Positions 47,686-57,632 of a DNA stretch of 64,000 nt are shown in pieces; positions within the stretch are counted from its first letter, which is position 1; each line of letters opens with the position of its first letter. This stretch comes from a bacterium. Lineage in GTDB: Bacteria > J088 > JAWLBW01. The translations under genes were made by a program, and so were the position numbers. The notes under the pieces are model-generated. The model ran no database searches, was not told where the DNA came from, and worked only from the letters and a program-made list of their open reading frames with translations. The stretch covers positions 119,122-183,121 of the forward strand of contig JAWLHK010000007.1 in NCBI GenBank assembly GCA_041690355.1. Direction: 5' to 3'.

Positions 47686-48483
47686 ATGGAAAACGTGAAA
47701 ACCGTCCTCATCACGGGCGCCTCCTCAGGGCTCGGCGCCGCCCTCGCGGTCGAGCTGGCCCGCGGCGGCCGCCGGATCGGGCTCGTGGCCCGCCGCGCTG
47801 AACTGCTTGCCGACGTCGCCGCCGCCGTCCGTGAAGCCGGCGGCGAGCCGCTCGCCCTCGCTGCAGACGTCACCGACCGCGTCGGGCTGCGCAGCGCGGT
47901 CGAGCACCTGACCGAAACCTGGGGCGATATCGACCTCGCCGTTGCGAACGCCGGACTCGGATCGCCGACCCCCGCCCACCGGTTTCCGCTCGACGAAGCG
48001 GTCCGCGTCATGGACGTCAATTTCTACGGCGTACTCCACCTGTTCGATGCCGTCGTGCCCCGCATGCTCGCGCGCGGGAGCGGCCGCTTTGCGGGCGTCG
48101 CCTCGCTTGCCGGGCTGCGCGGGATGCCGACCTCCTCGGTCTACTCCGCCAGCAAGGCCGCCGTGCAGGCCTTTCTTGAAGCCTCGCGCGTCGACCTGGT
48201 CGGCACCGGCGTCGGCGTCACGATCATCAACCCCGGTTTCGTGCGCACGCCCATGACCGACAAGAACGATTTCGACATGCCCTTCATGATCGAGGCCGAA
48301 GAGGCGGCGCGCATCATGGCCCGCGGCCTCCTCGCGGGCCGGCGTGAAATCGAGTACCCCCTCCCCACCACGCTGGCCAGCCGGTTGGCGCGGCTGCTCC
48401 CCAACGCGGTCTACGACGCCGTCATGCACCGGCTGAGCCCCGGCCCGCAGTCGAAGAAGCCCCGCGACAAGGCCTCGGTTTAG
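47686..48483 (+). CDS. SDR oxidoreductase
   Basis: ITGASSGLG, ANAG, YSASK and PGFVRTPMT motifs. Confidence 0.92.
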   Translation: MENVKTVLITGASSGLGAALAVELARGGRRIGLVARRAELLADVAAAVREAGGEPLALAADVTDRVGLRSAVEHLTETWGDIDLAVANAGLGSPTPAHRFPLDEAVRVMDVNFYGVLHLFDAVVPRMLARGSGRFAGVASLAGLRGMPTSSVYSASKAAVQAFLEASRVDLVGTGVGVTIINPGFVRTPMTDKNDFDMPFMIEAEEAARIMARGLLAGRREIEYPLPTTLASRLARLLPNAVYDAVMHRLSPGPQSKKPRDKASV

Positions 48484-48571
48484 GGCTTCGACGGAGCGCT
48501 CCACATAGATTTCCGCTCGTCTTTCCGGCGGCGAGCGTGATAAACTGAGGCCGTTTTTTAGAGGTGCCGCC

Positions 48572-48943
48572 ATGAAACGACCCCTTTTCACCCTGGCCGT
48601 CTGTCTGCTGATCGCCGCCGGGCTGAACGCCTGCGCCGCCCGCGGCAGCCGGGCCCAGGAAGCGCTCCAGCGCGTGAAAGCCCGCTCCTCGGGAACCCAC
48701 GGGCTCTCCATGGAGCGCGCCGTCCAGCAGTTCATCCGCGACGTTCGGGCGACCAGCCGCAGTCCCGTGGTCGAGGGCAAGTGGTACAGCAACCACGCCA
48801 TCGAGTACGACAAAGCCGACGTCTACAAGGTCGGTTACCAGTTCAGCAAGGACGGCCGAACCACGCGGCTCAGCTGGCTCTACTACATCGACGAAGACCG
48901 GCTCGTGCCCCTCTCTGAGGCCGCCCGCCAGTTCCACCCCTGA
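48572..48943 (+). CDS. Hypothetical lipoprotein
   Basis: GAGGTG RBS; LNAC lipobox. Confidence 0.75.
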   Translation: MKRPLFTLAVCLLIAAGLNACAARGSRAQEALQRVKARSSGTHGLSMERAVQQFIRDVRATSRSPVVEGKWYSNHAIEYDKADVYKVGYQFSKDGRTTRLSWLYYIDEDRLVPLSEAARQFHP

Positions 48944-49090
48944 CGGGCCTGCCGGGAACCGGGCGCCCGGCCTGCGGCCTCCTTGTGAGCCGCAGCTGGC
49001 CTCTACCGGTGCATCTGGGCTAAAATGTTGCCCGGACGTTCCGAATCCGCCCGCCCCCGCGGCGGGGACCGCCGGAGGAGAGGTTCAACG

Positions 49091-50350
49091 ATGCGCATCG
49101 AGTTCGGTTACAAGTTCGTCCTTGGCGTGTTTGTCGTCATCGGCGCCGTCATTCTCGGCTTCGTGCTGGTCGACCAGTACCGCCTGCCGAACTACATCGC
49201 CTATGTCTTCGCCCTGCTGGTCGGCCTCTTCATCGGGCTCACGTTCATGCGCATCTACGGGAGCCTTTTCGGCAACCTGCGCAAGCAGACGGGCGCCATC
49301 AGCCAGGGCGACCTTTCGAATCCGGTCTCGCTCGGCTCGCGCGCCTTTCCCGACGAACTCGACGACCTGGCCCAGGCCATCGACAACATGCGCCTCAATC
49401 TCGAGGACCTCGTCGCGCACATCCGCAAGACGGCCAACGACGTAGCCGACGCCTCCGAAAAACTTTCGGGCGACGCCGAGAACGTCGACCACAAGACCGA
49501 GGCGATTGCCTCGACCATGGCCCGCATGTCGAACGCTTCAGAGCAGCAGCGCCAGCTCGTGACGCGCGTCGTTTCGGCCATGAGCGAAGTAACCGCCATT
49601 CTGCAGGATACCGCCGCCCGGGCGCGCGACGCCGCCGACGCCGCCGTCAAGACGAATGAGACGGCCAAGGCCGGGGGCCGGGTCGCCGAGCGGGCCGTCC
49701 AGCACATGCAGACGATTTTCGAACAGATGGAGCGCAGCCAGGGCCTGCTTCTCAACTTCAGCGAACGCACGCGCGAGATCAACAAGATCGTCGAGGTCAT
49801 CAACGGCATCGCGCAGAAGACGAACATTCTCGCCCTGAACGCCACCATCGAAGCCGTGCGCGCCGGTGAAGCGGGCCGCGGATTCGCGGTCGTCGCCGAA
49901 GAAGTGCGCAAGCTGGCCGAAAGCACGGCCCACTCGGCCGAAGCGATCATGGATCTGGTGCGGGGCATCGAGGGCGAGAGCGGCCGCGTCATCGAAACCA
50001 TCAAGCAGAGCAGCTCGAGCATCAACGACAGCCGCGACTCGATTCACGACATCGGCGAGAACCTGACTTCCATCATCGCGCTCGCCAACGAAACCGTCGC
50101 CAAAGTCAACGAGATTCATCGCGCCAACCAGAGCCAGGTGCGGCGCGGCGACGAGGTGGCCGGCATGATGAACGAGATTGCCAAGGTCACCAGCGACAAC
50201 AACGAAGCGACTCGATCAGTTACGCAGGCCGCCGCAGAGCAGGCCAGCGTCACGGCCGGCATGTCGCGCCAGGCCGACGAGCTGGCGAGTCTGGCCGAGA
50301 GCCTGCGCACGATTGTCGATCGCTTCAAGCTGAGCCGGACCCGTGTCTGA
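49091..50350 (+). CDS. Methyl-accepting chemotaxis protein without periplasmic sensor (DifA-like)
   Basis: Two closely spaced TM helices, HAMP ([13 protein letters not shown]), signalling tip [12 protein letters not shown]...[15 protein letters not shown]. Confidence 0.93.
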   Translation: MRIEFGYKFVLGVFVVIGAVILGFVLVDQYRLPNYIAYVFALLVGLFIGLTFMRIYGSLFGNLRKQTGAISQGDLSNPVSLGSRAFPDELDDLAQAIDNMRLNLEDLVAHIRKTANDVADASEKLSGDAENVDHKTEAIASTMARMSNASEQQRQLVTRVVSAMSEVTAILQDTAARARDAADAAVKTNETAKAGGRVAERAVQHMQTIFEQMERSQGLLLNFSERTREINKIVEVINGIAQKTNILALNATIEAVRAGEAGRGFAVVAEEVRKLAESTAHSAEAIMDLVRGIEGESGRVIETIKQSSSSINDSRDSIHDIGENLTSIIALANETVAKVNEIHRANQSQVRRGDEVAGMMNEIAKVTSDNNEATRSVTQAAAEQASVTAGMSRQADELASLAESLRTIVDRFKLSRTRV

Positions 50351-50750
50351 GCTGGCCATCGTCTTCGAGATCGGCGAGACCGCCTGCGCGCTCCCGGCGG
50401 GCGTCATGCGTGAGATTCTCGAAGACGCCTACGTGGCGCCGACCCCGATGGCCCCCGCGTCCATCGAGGGGGTGGTCAACCGGCTGGGGCGGCTGTACGT
50501 GGTTTTTGATTTGGGGTCGCTCATCGGAGTTCCGATGAGCACCCGCCAGAAGCTGATCCTGTTCGGTCACGATCGGTTTTCGTTTGCATCCTGGGTCGAC
50601 GGCGTCGTCGGCGTCGTCGATGCACAGCGGGACCGCCTCGAGACCGAATCGGCGCTTCCGTTTCAGTCCGGAACGCTGCGGTATCGGGAGCGGATCGTGC
50701 CGTTTCTCGATCCCGAAGCCCTTTTTCAACGCGTTGACGAGCTAGTCTAA
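50343..50750 (+). CDS. cheW: CheW coupling protein (DifC-like)
   Basis: [21 protein letters not shown] and VDGVVGV motifs; operon context. Confidence 0.85.
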   Translation: MSELAIVFEIGETACALPAGVMREILEDAYVAPTPMAPASIEGVVNRLGRLYVVFDLGSLIGVPMSTRQKLILFGHDRFSFASWVDGVVGVVDAQRDRLETESALPFQSGTLRYRERIVPFLDPEALFQRVDELV

Positions 50751-50760
50751 AGGAGTGCTC

Positions 50761-51123
50761 ATGCCTCGGGTTCTGATTGTCGATGATGCGGCCTTCATGC
50801 GCAGCATGATCAAGGACATCCTGACGAAGAACGGTTTCGAGGTCGTCGGCGAGGCCGGTAACGGCAACGAGGCGCTGCGGCTCTTCGAAGAGCTGCGCCC
50901 CGACCTGGTGACGATGGACATCGTCATGCCGTTGAAGAGCGGCATCGAGGCGACCCGCGAGATCGTCGCCCGCTTTCCCGACGCGCAGATCGTCATCTGC
51001 TCGGCGCTCGGCCAGGAGACGCTTGTGATGGAGGCGATGGAAGTGGGCGCGCGCGACTTCATCGTCAAGCCGTTCAAGGAAGAGCAGGTCGTCGAGATCT
51101 GCAAGCGCCTGGCGGCCGCCTGA
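50761..51123 (+). CDS. cheY: CheY response regulator (DifD-like)
   Basis: VDDAAFMR, MDIVMP, SALGQ and FIVKPF motifs. Confidence 0.92.
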   Translation: MPRVLIVDDAAFMRSMIKDILTKNGFEVVGEAGNGNEALRLFEELRPDLVTMDIVMPLKSGIEATREIVARFPDAQIVICSALGQETLVMEAMEVGARDFIVKPFKEEQVVEICKRLAAA

Positions 51124-51226
51124 GCCGGCGGGTCAGCATCCGAAGGCGAACCGCGACCCGGGGGCCGCGCGCGCGCAGGCGGAACGGGCGGCATCGGGTA
51201 CGGCGGAAAGTTGACCGGCGGAACGC

Positions 51227-53125
51227 GTGGATCTGAAGAAGTATCGAAAACTCTTTCTCGAAGAAGCACGGTCGCACCTCGAGTCGCTCGACCGCGAGAT
51301 CGTGCAGCTCGAGTCGTCGGGCGGCCGTGAGCTGCTCGACTCCATCTTCCGCCATGCCCACTCGATCAAGGGCATGGCCGCCTCGATGGGTTTCGAGCCG
51401 ATCGTCGAGCTCGCCCACGCCCTCGAAGACCTCATGGACGGGGTCCGCACCGGAGGGCAGACCGCCGGCTCACCGATCATCGACCTTCTCCTCGAGGGAA
51501 AGGACGCGCTGACCGAACTCGTCGGCGCCGTGGAACGGGAAGAAACCTTATCTTCCGAGCCGGCGCTCGTCGCGCGCCTGCGGGGGCAGAAACCTCCCGA
51601 GCCGCCGGCCGCGGAGCCGGAGGCGCCGTCTTCACAGGCCGCACCGGCGGCCGTGCCCCCTTTGGCAACGGCCGGTGGGACATGGATCGTACTCAAGGTT
51701 GACCCGGCGGCCGCCTTGGGCGCCGCCCGCGCGTTTCAGGCCGCGCGCCTGCTCGAGAACCTCGCCGACGCCTTTGACCCGCCGGTGGCCGATCTCCGGG
51801 GCGGAAAGTTTTCGGGTTCGCTGCGGGTGCACCTGCGCGAGGCGCCGGCCGACGAACTGCTCACGCGCCTGGCCAAGCTGCCCGACATCGTTTCCGTCGA
51901 AGCCGAGACCCCCGGGACCGCGCCCGAGCCCGAGGCCGTCCGCGAGCAACCGGCGAAACCGGCGAAAATCGAAATGCCCTCCCAGATCCGCATCGACACG
52001 GCGGTGCTCGACCGCTTCGTCGACATGGTCGGCGAACTCCTGACGGTCAACAACCAGATTCGCGAGGTGAGCCGCTCGCTCTTCTCCGAAGAACTCGTAC
52101 AGAACGTCGAGGCGCTCGGCCGCATCACGGGCGATCTGTACCAGCAGGTCCTCCAGGCGCGCATGGTCCCCTTCGCCATGCTCTCCGAACGGCTCCCCCG
52201 GGTGGTGCGCGATGTGGCTCACCGGCTCGGCAAAGAGGTGCGCCTGAATCTCGAGGGCAACGATGTCGAAATCGACCGTTCCGTCATGGAGCATCTGACC
52301 GATCCGCTCCTGCACCTCGTGAGAAACGCCGTCGACCACGGTCTCGAAGCGCCCCAGGGACGCACCACCGCCGGCAAACCGGCCGAGGGCTCCCTGACCG
52401 TGCGCGCCCGCCGCTCGGAAGGTTCCGTCGTCATTGAAGTCGACGACGACGGCGCCGGCATCGCGACCGAAAAGGTGCTCGCGCGCGCTGTGGAACGACG
52501 GCTGGTCAAGGACGGCGAGGCCGAGCGCATGAGCGAGAACGAGATCCAGGAACTCCTTTTCCGCCCGGGGTTCTCGACCGCCGACAAAGTGTCGGATGTT
52601 TCAGGTCGCGGCGTGGGCCTCGACGTCGTCAAGAACGCCATCGAGGGGGTCGGCGGCGAAATCCAGATCCGCTCGAGCGCCGGCGCTGGCACGACGTTCC
52701 GCCTGCGGGTTCCCGCCCAGGTGGCCATTCTCCCGGTCTTTCTCGTGCGCGCCGGCGAACAGAGCTTCGCGCTCCCGATCGCCAAGGTCACGCGCGCCCG
52801 CTGGATCCGCCTGCAGGACGTGCAGGAAATCGGCGGCCGCCAGGCCGTACTTCTCGACGGCGCCGTGGTACCCTACTACAATCTGGCGCGCCTGCTCGGC
52901 ATCCAGGAGAGCTTCTTCGAAACCGAAGAGCTTCTGGCACTCGAGTTCGAGCGCGATGCGAACCGCGCGCTCATCGGCGTCGAAGCGTTTCTCGAAGAAC
53001 GCGATGTGTATCTGAAGTCCGCCCCGCGGCCGCTCGACCGGCTGCGCGGCCTGCTCGGGGTCACGCTCGTCCGGGGCGTTCCCGTTTACGTACTCGATCC
53101 CGGCATGATGGTGTGGCATGTTTGA
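51227..53125 (+). CDS. cheA: CheA histidine kinase (DifE-like)
   Basis: Hpt HSIKGMA, HLVRNAVDHG, DDGAG, PGFST, SGRGVGLDVV; C-terminal CheW domain. Confidence 0.95.
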   Translation: MDLKKYRKLFLEEARSHLESLDREIVQLESSGGRELLDSIFRHAHSIKGMAASMGFEPIVELAHALEDLMDGVRTGGQTAGSPIIDLLLEGKDALTELVGAVEREETLSSEPALVARLRGQKPPEPPAAEPEAPSSQAAPAAVPPLATAGGTWIVLKVDPAAALGAARAFQAARLLENLADAFDPPVADLRGGKFSGSLRVHLREAPADELLTRLAKLPDIVSVEAETPGTAPEPEAVREQPAKPAKIEMPSQIRIDTAVLDRFVDMVGELLTVNNQIREVSRSLFSEELVQNVEALGRITGDLYQQVLQARMVPFAMLSERLPRVVRDVAHRLGKEVRLNLEGNDVEIDRSVMEHLTDPLLHLVRNAVDHGLEAPQGRTTAGKPAEGSLTVRARRSEGSVVIEVDDDGAGIATEKVLARAVERRLVKDGEAERMSENEIQELLFRPGFSTADKVSDVSGRGVGLDVVKNAIEGVGGEIQIRSSAGAGTTFRLRVPAQVAILPVFLVRAGEQSFALPIAKVTRARWIRLQDVQEIGGRQAVLLDGAVVPYYNLARLLGIQESFFETEELLALEFERDANRALIGVEAFLEERDVYLKSAPRPLDRLRGLLGVTLVRGVPVYVLDPGMMVWHV

Positions 53126-53690
53126 CGAACGACAACTGGACGCGCTGAAAGAACTCTGCAACATCGCTTCGGGAAGCGCCGCCACGGTGCTCTCGCCGTT
53201 TCTGCGTCAGGACATCCGCATCGAGGTGCCCCGCGTGGTACCCGGCGAAGATGCCGTACGCTTTCTCGAGGCGACCGAGTCGTGGGCGAGCATTCAGCAT
53301 GCCGTCGGCGGCAAGGTCGGCGGCCGCCTCGTGGTGCTCGTGCGCAGCGCCGATCTGGGCCAGGTGCTCGAACCGCTGCTCGGCCGCCCCGTTGCGCGCT
53401 GGCACGAAGACGAAGCCGCCTGTTCGGCCGTCCGCGAGATCTCGAACATCCTCACCAGCTACTTTCTTTCGGTCATGGGCCAGTTCTTCGGCCAGGTGCT
53501 CGTACCCGGCGTCCCCGAGCTGTCGGTAACGGTAGACCCGGCCCTGCTCAACCAGGTGCACGAGAACGAGGCAATCCTGATCGAAACCCGGTTCCACAAT
53601 CGCGGCAACGAAACCCTCTGGTACCTGCTGCTGCTTCCCGAGCGGGGCAGCATGCACACCGCGCTCGACCAGCTCCTTCGAAAGGCCTGA
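53118..53690 (+). CDS. cheC: CheC-family phosphatase (DifG-like)
   Basis: Two ExxN motifs: DALKELCNI and SAVREISNI. Confidence 0.88.
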   Translation: MFDERQLDALKELCNIASGSAATVLSPFLRQDIRIEVPRVVPGEDAVRFLEATESWASIQHAVGGKVGGRLVVLVRSADLGQVLEPLLGRPVARWHEDEAACSAVREISNILTSYFLSVMGQFFGQVLVPGVPELSVTVDPALLNQVHENEAILIETRFHNRGNETLWYLLLLPERGSMHTALDQLLRKA

Positions 53691-54439
53691 TGGAACGCAG
53701 CGCCCTGCAGGAGTTGCTCGAAGAGGTCGCTTCAGGCCGCACCGATGTGACGAGCGCCGTTGAGCGCCTGCGCCTGCTCCCCGAGGCCTGTCTCGACTAC
53801 GCCACGCTCGACCGCCACCGCGTCCTGCGGCAGGGGCACGTCGAGGTCGTGCTGGGCGAGCGCAAGACGGCGGCCCAGATCGCCGGCATCGTCGAAGAGC
53901 TTGCCAGGCACGACCGCCCGGTGCTCGTGACCCGGGTCGACGCCGAAAAAGCCGCCGCGGTCGCGGGCGAGATTCCCGTTTCGCTGCATCCCGAAGCGCG
54001 TGCGTTGACGCTGCACCTCGACAAGGTGCGCCCCATCGACGGGGCGAGCGTCGCCATCGTCACCGCCGGCACGAGCGATTTTTCCGTCGCAGCCGAGGCC
54101 GAGATCACGGCCCGGGTGCTCGGTCTTGAACCGGTGCGCTACAACGACGTTGGAGTCGCCGGTCTGCACCGCATGCTGTCGAGGATCGAGGCGATCGCCC
54201 AGGCGCGCGTCGTCATCGTGGTCGCGGGCATGGAGGGGGCCCTCCCTTCGGTAATCGGCGGCATGCTCGACCGGCCGATCATCGCCGTGCCCACGAGCGT
54301 CGGCTACGGCGCGGGCGCGGGCGGGCAGGCTGCCCTGCTCGGCATGCTGAACTCCTGCGCCTCGGGGCTCACGGTCGTCAACATCGACAACGGGTTCGGC
54401 GCCGCCTACGCCGCCTACCGCATTCTTCACCGCTCCTGA
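53690..54439 (+). CDS. larB: Nickel-pincer cofactor biosynthesis protein LarB
   Basis: TAGTSD, DVGVAGLHR, VAGMEGALPS, AVPTSVGYG, LNSCASG and VVNIDNGFGA motifs; TGATG overlap with cheC. Confidence 0.95.
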   Translation: MERSALQELLEEVASGRTDVTSAVERLRLLPEACLDYATLDRHRVLRQGHVEVVLGERKTAAQIAGIVEELARHDRPVLVTRVDAEKAAAVAGEIPVSLHPEARALTLHLDKVRPIDGASVAIVTAGTSDFSVAAEAEITARVLGLEPVRYNDVGVAGLHRMLSRIEAIAQARVVIVVAGMEGALPSVIGGMLDRPIIAVPTSVGYGAGAGGQAALLGMLNSCASGLTVVNIDNGFGAAYAAYRILHRS

Positions 54440-54444
54440 ACACC

Positions 54445-55779
54445 ATGGATCTGCTCTTCGAAGCCTTCTCGGGAATCGCCGGCGACATGACGGTCGCGGC
54501 ATTGCTGGACCTCGGCGTCGACCGGGCGCAGTGGGAGGCCGAGCTGCGCAAGCTCGCGCTCGAAGAGGCGTGGCAGGCCGAACTCACGCGCACGCAGCGG
54601 CACCGGATCGAGGGTAACCATATCCGCTTCACCGTCGACGGCCGCTCCATCGACATGCCGCTCGAACCCGAACACCCGCATGCACACGGCCATGGACACG
54701 ATCACGATCATGGCCACGCTCACGACCACGACCACGGACACGAACACGGACACGGACACGAACACGGACACGAACACGAACACGAGCACGAACACGAACA
54801 CGATCACACGCACCGCGCCTGGCGCGACATCCGGCGTCTGATCGAGGATTCGGACCTGCGGCCGCGGGCGCGCGACTTCGCCCTACGGATCTTCGGGCGC
54901 ATCGCCGCCGCCGAAGCGAAGCTGCACGGTGTTTCGGTCGATGAAGTCCACTTCCACGAAGTGGGCGGCCTGGATGCCATCCTCGACGTGTGCGGAACGG
55001 CGGTCGCCCTCGATCTGCTCGATGTGGAGCGGATCTACTGCCAGCCGTTGCCCGTCGGCACCGGCGCCGTGCGCGCGGCCCACGGCGTCATGCCGCTGCC
55101 GGCGCCGGCGACCGCCGAGATCCTGCAGGATTTTCCGCTTCGGCGCGTGGATCTCGATTTCGAGCTCGTCACCCCGACGGGCGCCGGGATCGTCGCGGCC
55201 CTCGCCTCTCCCGAAGTTCCGCCGCGCTATCGGATCCGCCGCATCGGATACGGATGCGGAACCCGGGATGACCGGCGGATCGCCAATGTCCTGCGGATCT
55301 TCGCCATCGAGGCGGCAGAGCCGCCGTCCGGCGGGCAGGAAGTCGTCACGGTCTTGGAAACGACGATCGACGATTCGACCGGCGAGTGGGTGGCCGACCT
55401 GGCCGAGAAATTGCGCGCCGCGGGGGCTCTCGACGTCTGGAGCACGGCGGTGCAGATGAAGAAGGGGCGCGCGGGGGTCACGCTCAGCGTGCTCGCCGCG
55501 TCGTCCGACGCCGGGCGCATGGCCGAGCTGTGCTTTCTGCACTCGACGACCATCGGCGTCCGCATGCGCACCGAATCGCGCATCGTGCTCGCGCGGCGCG
55601 CGGCCGCCGTCGAAACGCCGTGGGGCGCGGTTCAGGTCAAGGTCGTGACGCTGCCCGACGGCCGCGAAAGGGCCACCCCCGAGCACGACAGCTGCGCGGC
55701 AGTGGCGGCGCGGTCGGGCATTCCCCTGGTCGACGTCTACCGGGCCGCTGCCGCAGCCCCGGTGCCGAAGGACGGCTGA
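54445..55779 (+). CDS. larC: Nickel insertion protein LarC
   Basis: SGIAGDM, His-rich tract, VHFHEVG, PAPAT, ELVTPTGA, MKKGR and STTIGVR motifs. Confidence 0.95.
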   Translation: MDLLFEAFSGIAGDMTVAALLDLGVDRAQWEAELRKLALEEAWQAELTRTQRHRIEGNHIRFTVDGRSIDMPLEPEHPHAHGHGHDHDHGHAHDHDHGHEHGHGHEHGHEHEHEHEHEHDHTHRAWRDIRRLIEDSDLRPRARDFALRIFGRIAAAEAKLHGVSVDEVHFHEVGGLDAILDVCGTAVALDLLDVERIYCQPLPVGTGAVRAAHGVMPLPAPATAEILQDFPLRRVDLDFELVTPTGAGIVAALASPEVPPRYRIRRIGYGCGTRDDRRIANVLRIFAIEAAEPPSGGQEVVTVLETTIDDSTGEWVADLAEKLRAAGALDVWSTAVQMKKGRAGVTLSVLAASSDAGRMAELCFLHSTTIGVRMRTESRIVLARRAAAVETPWGAVQVKVVTLPDGRERATPEHDSCAAVAARSGIPLVDVYRAAAAAPVPKDG

Positions 55780-56631
55780 TCAGCGCTTGCGGACGGCGAC
55801 CACCTCGCCGATGGCCTCGCCGAGCTTCACGACCTGATCGGTCTGAAAGCGATCGAGTTTCACCCGCCCCTTTTCGAAGAGAAGAATGACGGTCGAGCCG
55901 AACTCGAAGCGGCCGATCTCGTCTCCCTTCGCCAGGCGGCGCGGAAAATCGATATCCTTGCTGTAGGGGCGCCCGCCGGCGACGTTCGTCGTGAAGTCGC
56001 CGTAGACGACCCGCACGCTGCCGACGATGGTCGCGCCGACCTTGACGAGGCCGACCAGCCCCGCCGAGGTTTCCAGATAGGTGATCAGGCGTTCGTTGCG
56101 GGCGAACAGATTGGAAACATTCCGCACGGCGAAAGGGTTTACGGGGAACAGTGCCCCCGGCACGTAGGTCGCCGAAACGATGCGCCCCCCGAGCGGAACG
56201 TGAATGCGGTGATAATCCTGCGGGCTCAGGTAGATGGTGACGAACTCCCCGTCGAGGTAACGCTCGGCGGCTTCGCGATCGCCGCCGACGAGATCGAGAA
56301 GGGAGTATTCCCTCCCCTTCACCTGCCAGAGACGCCCGCGGGTGATCTTGCCGGAGGCGCTCACGCGGCCGTCGACCGGGCTGACGACGACGCCGGCGCC
56401 GGGCGCGATGGGACGCAGCCCCTGTTTGAGCCGGCGCGTAAAGAACTCCACGAGCGTCTGGTACTGCTCGAGGGGCTTCTCGGCCTGATCGAGGTCGATC
56501 TTGAAATGGTTCGCGTACCAGGGAATGGCCACGCGGCTCGCCGGCGAGCGGGCCAGCCGGCCCACGGTCCGTGAAAGCGCCCGCTGCGGAAGTACGTTCA
56601 GCGCGAGCAGTTGCAGAGAATCTTTGAACAT
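55780..56631 (-). CDS. psd: Phosphatidylserine decarboxylase proenzyme
   Basis: FFTRRLK, SPVDG, YLSPQDYHRIH, NER and FGST autocleavage motif. Confidence 0.94.
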   Translation of the reverse strand: MFKDSLQLLALNVLPQRALSRTVGRLARSPASRVAIPWYANHFKIDLDQAEKPLEQYQTLVEFFTRRLKQGLRPIAPGAGVVVSPVDGRVSASGKITRGRLWQVKGREYSLLDLVGGDREAAERYLDGEFVTIYLSPQDYHRIHVPLGGRIVSATYVPGALFPVNPFAVRNVSNLFARNERLITYLETSAGLVGLVKVGATIVGSVRVVYGDFTTNVAGGRPYSKDIDFPRRLAKGDEIGRFEFGSTVILLFEKGRVKLDRFQTDQVVKLGEAIGEVVAVRKR

Positions 56632-56678
56632 GCCATGCTCTGGGAAATAAAGGTCACAGTATAACACGCGAGGGACCG

Positions 56679-57182
56679 ATGACCGAAGAACTGCGGCTGC
56701 GCATTCAGGCTGCGCGTGAGAAGACCTTCATGCTGTACGAGGGAAAACAGGTTGCCCACCGCAGCTGCGGGATTGCCCTCGCCGAGACCTTCAACCGCGC
56801 CACCCCCGCCTATCAGTCGCTGCGGCGCGGCGGCATCACGGGCTGCGGCGAATGCGGCGCCGTGAAGGCGGGCGAGCTGATTCTCGGCGAGATTCTCGGC
56901 GATCCCGATCCGGCCGGCCCGGTGACCGACGAGCTGCGCTCGGCCATGCAGCTTTTTCAGCGGCGCATCACCGAGCGGGTCGATCGCGGCGACAGCCCCG
57001 ACCTCGTCTGCAACCACCTTACCGCGCAGCACGGCGATTTTCTTGGCGAGCGGCGCAAGGCGTTCTGTACGAACCTGGCGGCCATCGTGTCCGAGACCGT
57101 GGCCGAGGTGCTCGCCGAGTGCGACCGCCTTCCCGAGATTACGCCCATCCCGCGCGCAGACGCCGACGGCGGCTCCCGCTGA
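56679..57182 (+). CDS. C-GCAxxG-C-C family putative redox protein
   Basis: Cys pattern SCG...GGITGCGECGAVKAG...VCNHL...FCT. Confidence 0.75.
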   Translation: MTEELRLRIQAAREKTFMLYEGKQVAHRSCGIALAETFNRATPAYQSLRRGGITGCGECGAVKAGELILGEILGDPDPAGPVTDELRSAMQLFQRRITERVDRGDSPDLVCNHLTAQHGDFLGERRKAFCTNLAAIVSETVAEVLAECDRLPEITPIPRADADGGSR

Positions 57183-57238
57183 ACCCGCCGGGATTTACTC
57201 TTGCCGGCACGTGCGGGCAAGGGCCATGCTGACGAGGC

Positions 57239-57418
57239 ATGGAAAAACCCAAGGCACATTCCGAATCCAGCCCCGCCCCATCTCCTTCCACAGAACCGGC
57301 GGAACTCGAGAAGCGGCGGCTGTCGAACAGCGACGCCGAAGAGCCCCAGGAACATCCAACGGATCCGTGCGACTGGCCCGACCGGATCGCGCGCGCCGAA
57401 GACCGCGGCCTGGATTGA
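57239..57418 (+). CDS. Putative 59-aa acidic small protein (below the ORF-track cutoff)
   Basis: MEKPKAHSES...DWPDRIARAEDRGLD; preceded by TTGCCG-18 nt-CATGCT. Confidence 0.35.
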   Translation: MEKPKAHSESSPAPSPSTEPAELEKRRLSNSDAEEPQEHPTDPCDWPDRIARAEDRGLD

Positions 57419-57582
57419 GTGACGAGTGACGAGTCGGGCAATTGACAATTTTCGATTGACGATTGACGCTTGCGGTCCGGGAAGCACCTGAAGTGCATGG
57501 CCCTCGTTTCTTTGGCGCTTGGCGCTCGGCGCTCTTCCCCCCGGCCTCGCTTCTCAGGAATCAGAACTCAAGAATCAGGAAT
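57417..57582. repeat. Cluster of four heptamer micro-arrays
   Basis: GAGTGAC, GATTGAC, GGCGCTY and TCAGGAA units in succession. Confidence 0.65.
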
Positions 57583-57632
57583 CGCCCCCGGCGTATTGGG
57601 CATTCTCACGGGCACGCGCTACAATAGCGCTC

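Noticed and set aside
54427-54813. Hydrophobic Val-rich 128-aa minus-strand ORF
   Set aside because: It is the antisense reading of the His-codon repeat in larC.
54445-55779. Programmed frameshift or split larC1/larC2
   Set aside because: Both LarC halves are in one continuous frame here.
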